DNA from: Lama glama
Lineage: Eukaryota
Length of the DNA stretch: 64,000 bases
NCBI GenBank assembly: GCA_028534125.1
Contig: CM052817.1
Coordinates: 101,248,001 to 101,312,000 of the forward strand
Direction of reading: 5' to 3'
The notes under the pieces are model-generated. The model worked only from the letters and a program-made list of their open reading frames with translations, did no database searches and was not told the origin of the DNA. Below are positions 12,012 to 24,734 of the stretch, one piece after another (the first letter of the stretch is position 1; each line of letters begins with the position of its first letter). The position numbers and the translations under genes are program-made.

Positions 12012-13020
12012 ACTAACCATTTTAAAGTGAACAATTCAGTGACATAAGTACATTCGCAATGTTAGGCAACCACCACCTCTATCTAAGTTCCAAAATAAAC
12101 CTTGCATCCAATAAGTGGTTTCTCATTCCCGCCACCCTACTCCAGTCCCTGGCAACCACCCGTCTGCCTTCTGTCTCTACGGACTTATTGATTCTGGACA
12201 TTTCATATAAATGGAATCATGTGATATATGACCTTTTCTGTCTGTCCTCTTTCATTTAGTATAATGTTTTTGAGGGTCATCCTCTTTGTAGTCTGTATAT
12301 CAATACCTTATTCCTTTTTGTGGCTGGACACTATTCCATCGTATGTATATATCACAATTTGTTCATCCATTAATCTGTTCATGGGCATTTAGGATGTCTC
12401 TACCCTTTGACTATCATGAAAAATGCTGCTGTGACTATGAGTATGCATGAATTTGTCTGAGTGCCTCTTTTCAGCTCTTTTGGTTACGTACCCCCGAGTG
12501 GAATTGCTGGCTCAGCAGTTCTACGCTTGACTTTTTGAAGAACTGCAGGACTCTTTTCCACAGCCGCTGAACTGTTTTAAATTCCCACGAGCAATGTACG
12601 AAGCTTCCAGTTCTTCCTTATCCTCCTCAACACTTGTTACTTCCTTTTTTGTTTTAAGCCATCCTAATGGTTGTGAAGTGGTACTTCACTGGGTTTTGAT
12701 TTGACTTTCCCTAGTGACTAATGATGTTGAGCATCTTTTCATGTGCTTGCTGGCCATTTGTATATCATTTTTAGGGCAATTTCTATTCAAGCCCTTTGCC
12801 CATTTTTAAATTGGGTTATTTGTCTTTTTGCTGTTGAGCTGTAAGCGTTTATTATATATTCTGCATATTAAACCTTTATCAGACATGTGATTTATAAATA
12901 TTTTTTCTGTCCTGTAGGTTACTTTTTCACTTTCTTGATAACAAACTTTGATACAAAAAAGTTTTTAATTTTAATGAAATCTAGTTTATCTGTTTTTTCT
13001 TTGATTCAGCTTTTGGTGTT
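12012..13020 (-). mobile_element. Old L1MB-like 3' region
   Basis: 'accattttaaagtgaacaattcagt', 'ttctggacatttcatataaatggaatcat', 'gactaatgatgttgagcatcttttcatgtgctt'. Confidence 0.85.
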
Positions 13021-14199
13021 CTGAAGCATTTTTAAAATGACATGTTCTTTAGGCTTTAGAGGAAAACTAGACATTTTCCAGAAGGTAACCCGTACTTTAA
13101 AATCAGATATAACAGCATCTCTGGAATCACTAGAAAAACAGAAGGGCCAGAAGGTGCCTCAAACACTATTTAGAAGAGCTACCAGAGGAATCTTACTTTA
13201 ATATAAAGTAAACATCAGTGTCAGAATCATAAATATTTTAAAACTGCCATAGGTTAGAAGGGACAGTGTCTATGGATTATCATTTTTATAATCCAAGTCA
13301 GAAGGGCTTGATAGAGAGTTTGTGGGAAATGATTATATTTCAACATTTTCCTGTTTCTCTGCTAGTTAATTTTGATAGCCACCGTGCCTCCCTTTATAAA
13401 CAACGAGTCTACTCCAAATTGTACTGAGTGTACTTTTCTCAACGTTTCTATGCCTGTAATTTACACAATGCCACAAATCATCCAAGTAGCTCTTAATTTT
13501 ATTTTTACCTCAGTGTATTATTTAGAAATCATATAAAGAAAGAAAAAGCCACAGTTCATTTCCTTTATTTCTTGATTCTTGGTTATTATCACGGTATTGA
13601 AAACTTAAGTTGACCTCGTAGCTTTAAAAGCAGAATTTAGTTTAAGTTCATAAGAGAGAAAAAAGCCACAGCTGTCCTGCCTTCTCCCAGATGCACTGAC
13701 CTAACTTCTGCATAGGTATGATCAGATAAATGAGCATTTAAAAAATGAATGTGAGTCATTTATATTTGGGAAATAAAATAAGCCTGTTTCTTTAAGTTCT
13801 GAAGATATACCTATCAAATCAAGCATTTTCCCTCTAGATGTAGTGAGTATTTCTCAACAGATATTATGTCCAACAGAATAAGCGTGCCATAAAAGCATCT
13901 TCCTTGGACTTTGTTCTTTGAAAAACTCCTTTCCCCATTGATTCATTACCCCAGTGAATACTACATTTATTAACCGGGAGAGATCAAAGATGGTTAATGC
14001 AACACAAATGTTCGTGACTTCTAAAAATCTATATAATTATGTGCAAGGCATACAAGCTCTTCCTGGAAAATGATTTTCTGCAGGCAGCGATTAAACTTTT
14101 CAACTTGGACCCATTTCATGCTGCAGGGCTGCCCTTCCTATTCAGTGCTGTTCCCTCTCTGTCTCTCCTCCAGAATGAAACACAATCTCTAAGCTAACA

Positions 14200-14440
14200 G
14201 AGCCCGAGGAGGCTGATCATTGGCTCCCATTGTCCCCCGCTGCAGCCCCGCCCCCTTGGCTCGCGCTGACTAGCTGTTTATATTTTCCTAAGGGCCACCC
14301 TTTAACTCGGCAGCCTGCTGACTATAATGGGCTGGATTGTCCGTAGGCTGCAGGGAACTGAGTCCCCACATCCGAGGAGGCTGGGGCCCTGCTCTGATGC
14401 GCGGGAGCGGCCGGTATGGAACACCGGTAAGGGAAATTCC
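14200..14440 (+). promoter_or_regulatory. Candidate promoter and first exon A (weak CpG island)
   Basis: ATTGG 14219-14223, GC box gccccgcccc 14245-14254, forkhead-like TGTTTAT, local CpG cluster, donor CCG|GTAAGG after 14426, kB site GGGAAATTCC 14431-14440. Confidence 0.55.
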
Positions 14441-15817
14441 AAGTGTCAGGCGATGCTTTTCCTGGGCTAGCTGGTTAATTAATCCTGGGCGCTGCTCTGG
14501 GGAGAAACAAGTTGTGGTTGAGTTGCTGGCTTTTTCCTGGTTTTGATTTTCTGCCTTCTAAAGACGGAAGGAAAAGATGGGTTCTCTGGATTTGCTGACC
14601 AAGGGATGCCTGTCGATCCAGGCGGGAAAGGGGCAGGGAAGCAAAAAATCGGGGGAGAGACGCTAAGCACCATGGAAGAGGCCAAGTGTATGTACGGCTA
14701 CCTCGGTGATGTTGTGAGACTCAAAGGCAGTTTTACTTTCTAACTTAGCTGCTCACAGTCAGGAGTTTAGCTCTGCCACCGCCGGGTTTCTGTAAGCCAG
14801 CTGTTAGCACATGTCACTCGGTCAACCCCTCTTGAAAGGGTGTAATATCTGTTCGTGTTTTCAAAGGGCAAACCGTAGTGGTCTTGTAAGTCATAAATAG
14901 TTCTATTCAGAAATGTGGGAACCGTTGAGAGCTGCAGGCTGTAAAGTTTTACTGCCCCATAAAAGTGCTCAAACGGCACTGTGGCCCGCTGCACTGGGGC
15001 TCAGGAATGAAGGAAAGCCCCAGGGGGCAGAGCACTTGTCCTTGACTACCCAAGGGAGAAGCCCGCGGAGCCAGAGGACAGCGTGTGAGAGATGCGGTGA
15101 GCCCTGAAATGGGCTTCCCACCCCCTCCCCCAGGGATTCTGTCTGGTTTCCTGTGAGTGAATGAGCAAGATGGAGAACCTGTGTTTGGTGCCTGATTTTA
15201 TCATCCCATGTGCCCTCTTTGGCCAAGCAAGACACCCCTCCTAGGGCAGAGGGGCAAGGGAGGAGGTGTGCTCTGTCTGGTTGCTTGGCTGCAAGTAGGG
15301 ACTAGGGGATAGCCCATCCAAAGCCCTGAGAATTGCTTTGGGAATTCTCGCCTCCTGCTGAAGAGAAAATCACTTTGATCGGAGGATTTTGCCCTTTCCT
15401 TTCTGATGAGCTTCGTGGGGTGAAGACAGCCCACTCAGTCTGTCTTTGATATAGACAAGAGCCTGAAAAACGAAAGAGATGTGACTTCATTTTTAGATAA
15501 AGCAAAGAGTGAATCATGGGGCTTTAATACATCAAGTGTTTTATAAATCTTCCCGCCTGGCCTAATCCCCAGACTTTGTATTTATTATCTTGACACAGGA
15601 TGTTTAAAGCCAACACAGTTTGGGGCTCCTGGAGGAATTAAATCAGATGCAAATGTTATTATTATTTTTTTAATGAGTTTGACCCAAAGGATCATGAATG
15701 CTTCAGTGCAGTGTATGAAAACACCAGGTGGTTCCAAGTGAGGCCAAGTTCTCCTTCAGCGGTATGAGAGCCTGGGAAAGGGGCATGAGTTGCCTTATGG
15801 TGTGATCTTGATCAGGA

Positions 15818-16317
15818 NNNNNNNNNNNNNNNNNNNNNNNNNNNNNNNNNNNNNNNNNNNNNNNNNNNNNNNNNNNNNNNNNNNNNNNNNNNNNNNNNNN
15901 NNNNNNNNNNNNNNNNNNNNNNNNNNNNNNNNNNNNNNNNNNNNNNNNNNNNNNNNNNNNNNNNNNNNNNNNNNNNNNNNNNNNNNNNNNNNNNNNNNNN
16001 NNNNNNNNNNNNNNNNNNNNNNNNNNNNNNNNNNNNNNNNNNNNNNNNNNNNNNNNNNNNNNNNNNNNNNNNNNNNNNNNNNNNNNNNNNNNNNNNNNNN
16101 NNNNNNNNNNNNNNNNNNNNNNNNNNNNNNNNNNNNNNNNNNNNNNNNNNNNNNNNNNNNNNNNNNNNNNNNNNNNNNNNNNNNNNNNNNNNNNNNNNNN
16201 NNNNNNNNNNNNNNNNNNNNNNNNNNNNNNNNNNNNNNNNNNNNNNNNNNNNNNNNNNNNNNNNNNNNNNNNNNNNNNNNNNNNNNNNNNNNNNNNNNNN
16301 NNNNNNNNNNNNNNNNN
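15818..16317. other. Assembly gap (500 N)
   Basis: Run of exactly 500 N; true size unknown. Confidence 1.
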
Positions 16318-16979
16318 AGAGTTGGAAACTACCCTTAAGCTCACTATTGATCATGCTTATCCTTGTTGAAGTTTCATCCAAGAATTAGTAGATGGGCCTG
16401 AAATGAAATATTCTTTTTAAAATAAATTTTTAAATAAAATTATTTTGTAAATTTTTTATAAATAAAATAGAGATTAAAAAACAATACAGAAAAATCAATC
16501 AAACAACAAAAAAGAAAGAAACAAATATTCTTTTGGAATCTCCTAGTTTCAAAGTGCAGTTTTAAAAACAGACTATTTTCTCAGGCAGTAACACATTCTA
16601 AGTCTGTTACTTGCTACAGTAGGAAGATACCCATTTCTTAGATGATCTTTTGGATGTTTGTAGAGAATTGGAAAATGTCCAATTTTGGACTGATATTGTC
16701 TGGAGGCAAAAATTCCAAAAGGAATTTGTGGGGACAGCCAGAAAGAAGCAGTTCTCAGTAGCCTGGGACCCACTGCTCCGGGGATGTTCCCCAGGTGCTG
16801 GTCTCATATTTTCTTTCTTATTCTCTCTGCCCACCACCTGGCTGTTTGAAGACCCACTGCATCCATGCAGTGGAGGCAGCTCTTGTGCCAAACACTCACA
16901 GGAGAGGCGCTTGGGGCTCCACACATCCAGAGACCTGCAGGGTTAGGAACCCGGATGGCTTCAAGTTCTTCCCCTTTCC

Positions 16980-17500
16980 GTCCTTCTCTTTCCTTGCTCA
17001 GATATTTACTGATCACTAGCTACCCTGTGCAAGTCCCTGGGGGCACAGAACTCAGAGCCATGATGTTCCTAGAGGAATTCACGGTCTGGTGGAGAATTGC
17101 ACCAGGGCAGAGTACAATGGATATATGTATGAGATGCCATGGGAGAGTGGGAGGGAACACCTCTAGCCAAGCTCAGGATATCGGTGAAGGCTTTGTGGAG
17201 AGAGGGATGGTTCTAGAAGGGAGTCTGGGAGATGGAGGAGGAGTGAGTCAAATGGACACGGAGGGAAGCATGACTCATGCTGGAAGTTTCTGATGTGGTT
17301 GGTCAGTGGTGGGTCCTGTGGATATCTGTATACCAGGATTGGAAACCCCTGAGCCCAAGGGATCAACATGTGCAAAGGTCCAGAGGCAGAAAACAATATT
17401 CAGAGAACAACTAAACAGCTTGTTTAGTCTGGTTGAAACGTAGCATGTGAGTGAATGAGTGATCCTGGATGAAACAAAACTGACAGGAAATGAAGCCAAA
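16980..17500 (-). mobile_element. L2 LINE fragment
   Basis: 'cagatatttactgatcactagctaccctgtgcaag', 'aacatgtgcaaaggtccagaggcagaaa'. Confidence 0.55.
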
Positions 17501-17679
17501 GAAAATTGCCCCACAAGGATGAAGCAAAGTGGCAAGATCTTGACAACTGTTTTATCAAGGTGATGGGTATTTAGGGATCCATCATCTACTTTTGTGTTTG
17601 TTTAAATGGTTCATAATAAATTTTGTGAAAAGTAGAATATTCCATAGAGGCACCAAGACCAGAACATAGCTCAGACAGA

Positions 17680-17860
17680 GCAGAGCTTGAATCCCAGGCC
17701 TCCTGGTTTCTAGCGACTACTGGAGACCTTGTCAAGTTACTGAACCTCTCTATTTCTCATTTTCCTCACCTGAAAATGGAAGTAATAATGTCTACCTTAC
17801 TGCACTATTATGGGGATTGAAAAGATGAAACATGCAGCCATCCTTGCATAGTATTTGGCG
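17680..17860 (+). mobile_element. MIR fragment
   Basis: 'tgaatcccaggc...gaccttgtcaagttactgaacctctct...tttcctcacctgaaaatgg'. Confidence 0.7.
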
Positions 17861-19779
17861 TGGAATCATCCCTTTTCCCTCTCAGATGGACCATCCCATT
17901 CATTCTGATTGAGGTCTCTAGGTGGTGCTGTAGAGGGTTCCAAGCAGAGAACCTCGAAATGTTCTGTAAGTTACGAAAGCAAGAACCTACAAGGCAAGGT
18001 CTAGAGCTGGAAGGAAATCTGGAGCTGGGCGAGTGGCCTGAAAAACATCCACACCACAAACCAACACGTGCGGGTTTAGACAGGTTAGGCCTGTGGATGG
18101 CTAAGGAGGAGACAGCTCAGTGAGCTCGGGGAGCTTGGCTCCCCCTAGAGCAATGGAACCTTAACTTGATTTGCATTTATAATCTCTTGCATTTCACCTA
18201 TTTGTGTATTTCTGGGCTTTAAATTGCCTAGAAAATACACATGAGAATGTAATATTTTAAACTGGGGCAGATGAAGTTTCAGTTCACCTCCCCCTCACTA
18301 TTAGGGCCATTTTAAACCGTCATATGCAAAACTAAACTCTACCAAGATGTAATAAATATCCAGGATGGAGGAAAAAACTTTTCAAATGAAACACACTCAC
18401 ACCACCACTCACACTTAATAAGCATGCTGTTTGGTCATCCGGGATGTTAAAGGGACCCATCAAGAAAGATGGAAAGCGAATCAGAAATGGAGACTGGGAT
18501 TCCATCCCCTGGGGAGCCCCTGGGAGCTCTGAGCATCTCACCTCCAGGCGCACCCACTGGCAACATTGTCCCTGTCACACCTGCAGTCCTGTTCAGCCTT
18601 TCAAGGAGAGTGTTTCCTGGTATGTAGGTCTTCAACTACCAGGTGTGTTTGCCCACCCTCGGCCTGTACTTTATAGTACCGCAGCTGACAGGCTGACACT
18701 GAGGGAACAGCACGTTTCACATTTTGTAGCTGTTGTGCAAATAGAACTTCAGTGGATTTCCTCCAACCACTAACTCTACGGAAACCACAAAGAGCCGAAG
18801 AGCCAACCTCTGACTTTCCAAACATCAGTCATGCCTCTTGACTCCTCACTCTGGAACTAACTTGGAAAATGCGGTCCATCCTTAATGGGTGTGTAGGAGA
18901 AAGACATTTAAGTCCGTATCATCCTCAAAGCCTCAGTATAAACCGGGTCAGGGCAGACGGTGTCCAATATGTGTTCTTTGATGTGTTAGGGAGCTAAGCC
19001 TACCGTCACTGAGATCCCACCAGGGACCCTCCAGGGAGAGTTCTCGCTGGGTGGGTGTTCCCGCTCTGACTTCTCCCACTCTTCCCAGAAGGGTAAAACA
19101 TAGAGTCTACTCTGGACTTAGAAGCTACAACCTGGCCTCAGAACCATGTACCCTACCGAGCACTCACATGCTTTCCAGGATAGTTTTCATATAGCTTCCC
19201 AGCTGCAATCCTGGGTGATTTCATTTTAACTACAGGAGCTTTAAGCTAAATCTTGCTGAGGCTCCTCTGTCTGCAGAACAGAGGCTGGCTCCTTCCATGG
19301 TCCTCAAGTGCTCCGCGCGCACCTGGGTCCTCACTGCATTTCCAGGAAGGCCCAGGAGAGCCCAATCTCTTTGAAATGTCTCTGACACATGGGTGCTTGC
19401 ACTGGAGACCAAGTGACAAGAACCAGGGCTCTCAGGATATGGGATTCTTGACCAGTGTTCCTCCCTGGATGATTCTATCATCTTAAGAGCATTTTTAAAG
19501 GATAAAACAGCAGCAATCAGCATTTTTCTTAGAAATGGGGCCCATTTAAATATATCCCCAGGGAGGATGGCTATTGTGTGTTCTGGATACACCGTGTGAT
19601 CTGGACACACTGAGGGCACCGCGTAAATATTAATTCATGTTGATCCATTATGGAAAGAAAATGGAAAGACCCCTATAAGGCAGCAGTGACCCTACAAGAC
19701 CCAAAAGGCTTGCTGGAGCTGTGACAAGGCAAGATTGTGACAAGGCCCGAGAAAAGCAGTTTTTCTTCCCTCACTCAAC

Positions 19780-20212
19780 ACAGCAGTGAACCGAGGCGCG
19801 GCATTGCCTGCGCGGTCACTGGAGGGCGGGGAGGGGGCCCTGGCAGCCGCCCGGCGGCCCCCATCGCTGTCCCGGGATGATCAGGGAGTAGCTGCCTCTG
19901 TGCCCACCAGGGCTTCACGGCTGCCGGCTGCACACAGAAGGGGGGAGGAGGTTGGCTCAGGCTTGCGTGCCGCCTTGGAGGGGCAGGGTCCTTGGGCTGA
20001 TAGGCAGGGGACCTGAGCTCAGAGTGGAATAGGGCCGGTGGAAGGAGGGCTTGGTGGCCGCCGATACTTGTCCAGGAATCATGGTTATTGGCTCTGAGAA
20101 ACGGCTCAACTCCTTCCGGGGTTCCGAGGCTGCTTGTAAACCTGCTCCTTTAGAGCGGACCCCGCATCCGCTTGCAACCCTACGATGGCTTTCGGATCCG
20201 GATCCGGTGAGG
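19780..20212 (+). promoter_or_regulatory. CpG island; candidate promoter and first exon B
   Basis: CpG-dense, GC box gggcggggag near 19823, ATTGG at 20087, ETS-like cttccgg, donor CCG|GTGAGG after 20206. Confidence 0.6.
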
Positions 20213-20754
20213 AGTCCCATCAGAGCATCCCATTTCTTTCTATGGAAGCTGTGGCTGCACATCTCCTCTCCGCAGTGGATGTGAATCTGTCTTCTCCATC
20301 CCTGTTCTGTAGTCTCGGGAGAGCCGGGAGTGAGAAAGGGGCAGGGTGGGGAGGGCAGGCAGGGAGAAGAAAAAAGTGCGTGGGTGGACGGGGCCGAGAG
20401 AGTCTGGAGAGGAGGAGAACGTTCCAGCTCCTTCCTCGCCAAGACTTGTTTGCTGCTCTGTTGGGAGTTTTTTGTTTAGAGGCCTTTTTCCCTTTTAATC
20501 AAAGCAGTCCGTTCTGGTGCCGCCCCTGCAACAACCCTGTCCAGCTCCTTCGCATGGCAACTGTGCACGTAGCCCCCAGGCCGGGCTTGTGTTCCTAATT
20601 TCTTCTGATGACTCCAAGGGAACTTAGGTTTGGTTCCCATCTCCGCTTCCTCCCAGACATGTACTTTCCCAGCCATTGACTGGGAAGCTTTGTGTCTGTG
20701 ATGGATCACAGGGCAATCAGACTCCAGCTCTTGAACTTCAGAGGGACTGGGACA

Positions 20755-20960
20755 TTAACTCTCATTAAGCACCAATTGTATGCCAGAGACTGTTCAAAGT
20801 GCTTTATGTATATAAACCAGTTAGCCCTCCAAGGTAGGCATTCTTATTCTCTATTTTCAGGTGAGGAAACTGAGGCTTGCAGAGTTAATTGTCCAAGGCT
20901 GCACAGCTGGTGGGGGCAGGCTGGCACTCTGACTGCAAAGGCTACACTTTTAACCACCAC
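20755..20960 (-). mobile_element. MIR
   Basis: 'tattttcaggtgaggaaactgaggct...ttgtccaaggctgcacagct'. Confidence 0.75.
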
Positions 20961-21620
20961 ACCTCAGCCCCAGGAGGGTGTTCTGTTCTTCCGTATGGAT
21001 ACCCAAAAGTGTGTGTATTCATTCCCCTAATTCTGGTCATTTAAGTTCTTTCAAAAAATGTTCCTAATGTTAATAATGTAGTGATGAATGCTTTTGTAAC
21101 AATAGCTAATAATTCTGAACATCTACTGAACTGCCAACTGTGTGACAGGGGCTGTTTGAAGGTCTTTATGCATCTTAACTAATTTAACCTTTGGACTACT
21201 ATTAGTACCATTTAACTGATGAGGAAGCTGTGGCCAGGGCAGTTGGTTAACTGTTTTGTCCCAGGCTGCACAGAGCTATCGCTCTTACGATGCTGTCTGG
21301 ACATACATCTGTGACCACACCACTGATACTGCTTCAGGAAAGATTGTTATGATGGAATTACTAGGGCTTACAGCAGAAACATTTTTAAGGATCTAGATAC
21401 ATATCACAAAATTATTTTTCAGGAACACTGGGTGGTTATGCTAATTTATATTCCTATGAATGCTGTGCTGCTGATTAAGGAATCTGAAAGTTAGATGAGC
21501 CCCAGGGCAATCTGTCCATAAACCTTTTGGGCTTTTGTCAGTTGATCTAGGCACTAACTACCACTAATGATACTATTTTTATGAAAATAATATATATATC
21601 TGGCTCAAAACTACACTTTT

Positions 21621-21749
21621 TATTAAATTTTTTTTTGGCAAGGGGAGATAATTAAGTTTACTTATTTATTTTTGATGGAGGTGCTGGGGATTGAACCCAG
21701 GACCTTGTGTATGCTAGGCATGCACTCTACCACTGAGCTATACCTGCCA
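21621..21749 (-). mobile_element. vic-1-type SINE
   Basis: 'ggggattgaacccaggacc...ctctaccactgagctata'; TSD ctcaaa(a/g)ctaca(c/t)ttt. Confidence 0.9.
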
Positions 21750-22868
21750 ACTCAAAGCTACATTTTGGAGGAAGCATCTGGGTTGCTGGTTATGTTCCAG
21801 TTCTTGATCTGCGTGGTGTTTACTCTGTTGTGGTTCTTTGTGATAATTCATCAAGCTATTGCCTTAGGACTTGTTCACTTTTCTGTTTGTAATTTATACT
21901 TATTAAAAGTTTATGTTTTTCTTTTTAAAACCTACTATTATAATCTTTTGGATATTAGGGATAGAATACATTGAAATCTGTTGTAAAGAATAAGACAATG
22001 ACTCAGTTGTCTCCATATTTTCGCCACATGTTGGAAAAAAGGAGATTTTGAAAGATTTTTCACAATTCCTTTTTTTAAAAATCTCCAGTGTGAGAAGTGA
22101 ATAGACATTAAACCACAATATTCCTAAGAAATACAGTTCTAAAAAAGTCTTTTATCTGTTTTTATTGCTTTGGTTTTTGTCCAAGAAAGGTTAAGATTTT
22201 CTGTTTGAAACTTGAGAAGTATGACGTATATTTAAAACATGCAGTTATGATGATTGAGTTTTTGGCAAAGACTTGAGAACCATGATTATGATCCCAGAGA
22301 GAGTTGTTCTCTTTCTGTATTGACGTTCTAATGTGTTCTTCCTTAATACTGGTTTGGAGGTAGTGTGTGGTTCTGTGACATGGCCTGATGGCTGTACTCA
22401 GTAACGTCCCTAGAGATTCAGGTACATCTTTCCATGGCTAATGGATCAGCCCAAGAAGATCAATATATCATCATTTCAAGAAACCATTGTAAGAAAGTAT
22501 GCTCTTACTCTAATGGAAGCCAGTAGCGATTTCCTTGTCAACTTCCTGATTGTTTTAAAGTATTATTTCAGTGCTTATTTCCCTCTGCTGACTTTATTGT
22601 CGATCTAAAAATTAATTGTTTAGCCCTGTTCAATTTCTTAGTCGAATTTTTACCAGTTTTTATTCCTCTGCCACAGAGGACGTAAGTGGCTGCAGACTAA
22701 GAGGGCATCTTGTGCCATTTGTGACAAGACTAAAGGAGCCATGTTTCCTAAGTCTTCCCTTAGTTTCTACCCCCAAAAAGGTCTCAGCATGAGATTCTGT
22801 GAGTCAGCAATATTCCTTTATTTAGACTGGCTTTCTTCCACTTCTAGCTAACATCTTACCATTACCAC

Positions 22869-23256
22869 TGTGTAAGTCTGCCTAGGCTGCTGTCACAAAA
22901 CACTGGAGGCTGGGTGGCTTAAACAACAGAAGTTTATTTTCTCACAGCTCTGGAGGCCAGAGGTCCAAGATCAAGGTGCCCACGTGGTCGGGCTCTGATG
23001 CAGCCCTGGTCTGCAGACAGCAGCCTTCTCACTGTGTGCTCACGTGTCCTTTTCGCTAGGCGCATGGAAAGAGAGAAAGCTCTGGGGTCGCTTCCTCCTT
23101 TTATAAGGACACTAATCCCGGTGGATTAAAGCTCCATCTTTTGACCTCATTTAACCTTAATTACTTCCCTAAAGGACCCATCTCCAAATACCCCTGAAAT
23201 GGGAATAAGGACTTCAACATATGAATTTGTGGGAGGGCACAGCTTAGTCCGTAACA
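22869..23256 (-). mobile_element. MLT1A-type MaLR solo LTR
   Basis: 'gggtggcttaaacaacagaagtttattttctcacag...tccaagatcaaggtg...cttcaacatatgaattt...agtccgtaaca'. Confidence 0.9.
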
Positions 23257-23292
23257 TGACCACAGTCCCGACAATTAAAATTAAGCTTCATT

Positions 23293-23400
23293 GGGGGAGG
23301 GTATCGCTCAAGTGGTAGAGCGCATGCTTAGCATGCAGGAGGTTCTGGGTTCAAGCCCCTACTTACCACCTCCCCCCAAAAAATAAATAAAAAAATTAAA
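23293..23400 (+). mobile_element. vic-1-type SINE (internally deleted, CTCAAGTGG variant)
   Basis: 'ggggagggtatcgctcaagtggtagagcgcatgcttagcatgc', A-rich tail. Confidence 0.85.
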
Positions 23401-23666
23401 TCAAAGTAAGCTTTGTTTTCCTTTTCAAAGTAGCTTTTTGGGGGGGAGTGGGGCTAATGCTCTGTTAAATGACATTTAGTTTTTAAATTTGTAAAACATT
23501 TTGGGGTTTCTTCTAACTGCATTTTGGGAATCCAGACTAAAGAAGGCACGGACCCTACTCTAGGAGACTCCTCAAGGAGTTTATAAAATAATGAAGGAGA
23601 TGAGTTGCATGCACGAAGAACTAGAATCTCTGGAAGTTGGAGATACTGTAAATACAAGAGTATGCT

Positions 23667-23818
23667 GGGGTGGCGGGATAGCTCAAGTGGTAGAGTGTGT
23701 GCTTAGCATGCACGAGGCCCTGCGTTCAATCCCCTGTACCACCAGTAAAACAAATAAATAAGTAGAAAACCTAAATATCTACCCCCCCAAATTTAAAAAA
23801 CCAAAAGCTAAAAAACAA
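23667..23818 (+). mobile_element. vic-1-type SINE (CTCAAGTGG variant)
   Basis: 'atagctcaagtggtagagtgtgtgcttagcatgcacgagg...ttcaatcccc'; TSD-like aaatacaa..tatgct. Confidence 0.85.
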
Positions 23819-23894
23819 AAATACAATATGCTATGGGATTCAGAGGAAAAGATAATCACCATTCAAGAGCCGCCTTTTTTTTGATGGAACTCTC

Positions 23895-24003
23895 TCTCTT
23901 TTTTTCAATTGAAGTATAATGAGTCACAATGTGTCAATTTCTGGTGTACAGCATAATATCCCTGTCATACATATGCACACATATTTGTTTTCATATTCTT
24001 TTA
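23895..24003 (-). mobile_element. Short L1 3' tail
   Basis: 'ttgaagtata...acaatgtgtcaatttctggtgtacagcataat'. Confidence 0.75.
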
Positions 24004-24358
24004 AGGGCTGCCATTTGAGCCTCGTAATCATGGACAGGCAGGATCCGGACCGGGGATGATGTAGCCAAGGCCACACCAGGTTGAGCAGGAACAGACACCA
24101 CGGAGGCAGCAAAGTGCAGTGCAGTGGAAATGCGGGAATTAACCGGGGATCACTGTGGGGGTGAATTTTATGGCCTAAGAGAAGGTTAGGTTCTGAAATC
24201 AGCACTTAAAAAGGGTCACTGTGACTAAATGGCCCTTGACAATTTGGATATTTTTTTTGTCTCTCAATGATTCTCGTATCGCCAGTTTTTCCTCCAGTGT
24301 TGCAGCAGACCAGTTTCTTTGAGCACCAGATGAAGAGTGTGGTTGGCTGTGCTGTGGC

Positions 24359-24391
24359 AGAGAGACAGAGAGAGAGAGAGAGGGAGAGAGG

Positions 24392-24438
<47 letters not shown>

Positions 24439-24473
24439 GAAGGGGAAGGAGAAGAGAGGGAGGGGGAGAAAGA
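24359..24473. repeat. (GA)n / purine-rich microsatellite
   Basis: About 75 bp of imperfect (GA)n followed by a GGA/GAA-rich tract. Confidence 0.95.
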
Positions 24474-24516
24474 AAATGAATGAGAATACAGCTTTAAAAA
24501 AAAAACACACACTTAC

Positions 24517-24643
24517 CATGACAGGATGCTCACACGAAGATAACCATAAGAGAAACCAGATTGACTGAGAGCGTTGCAGATTCTTTCCAAGTTTTGCAAA
24601 CAAATATATATTCCATTTACAGCATTTGATGTAAGTACATGAA
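24517..24643 (-). ncRNA. Candidate internal exon of a - strand transcript (possible divergent lncRNA)
   Basis: - strand acceptor tttcctttacgttgcCAG| at 24644 and donor ATG|GTAAGT at 24516; 127 nt. Confidence 0.3.
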
Positions 24644-24734
24644 CTGGCAACGTAAAGGAAACATTCATGGAAACGATCACGTTCAAAATGTTCCACATTA
24701 CTAGTGAGCAAATACATACACAGTGTAACAACAA

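Noticed and set aside
15703..16381. Long ORFs of 182-213 aa in the ORF track (also 52229-52861)
   Set aside because: Artefacts of translating N runs
16625..16760. Protein-like frame FLDDLLDVCRELENVQFWTDIVWRQKFQKEF
   Set aside because: No convincing splice sites and no family I recognise; a TBLASTX search would settle it
24199..24717. 172-aa ORF with SLSLSL repeats
   Set aside because: Translation of the (GA)n microsatellite; no protein-family resemblance
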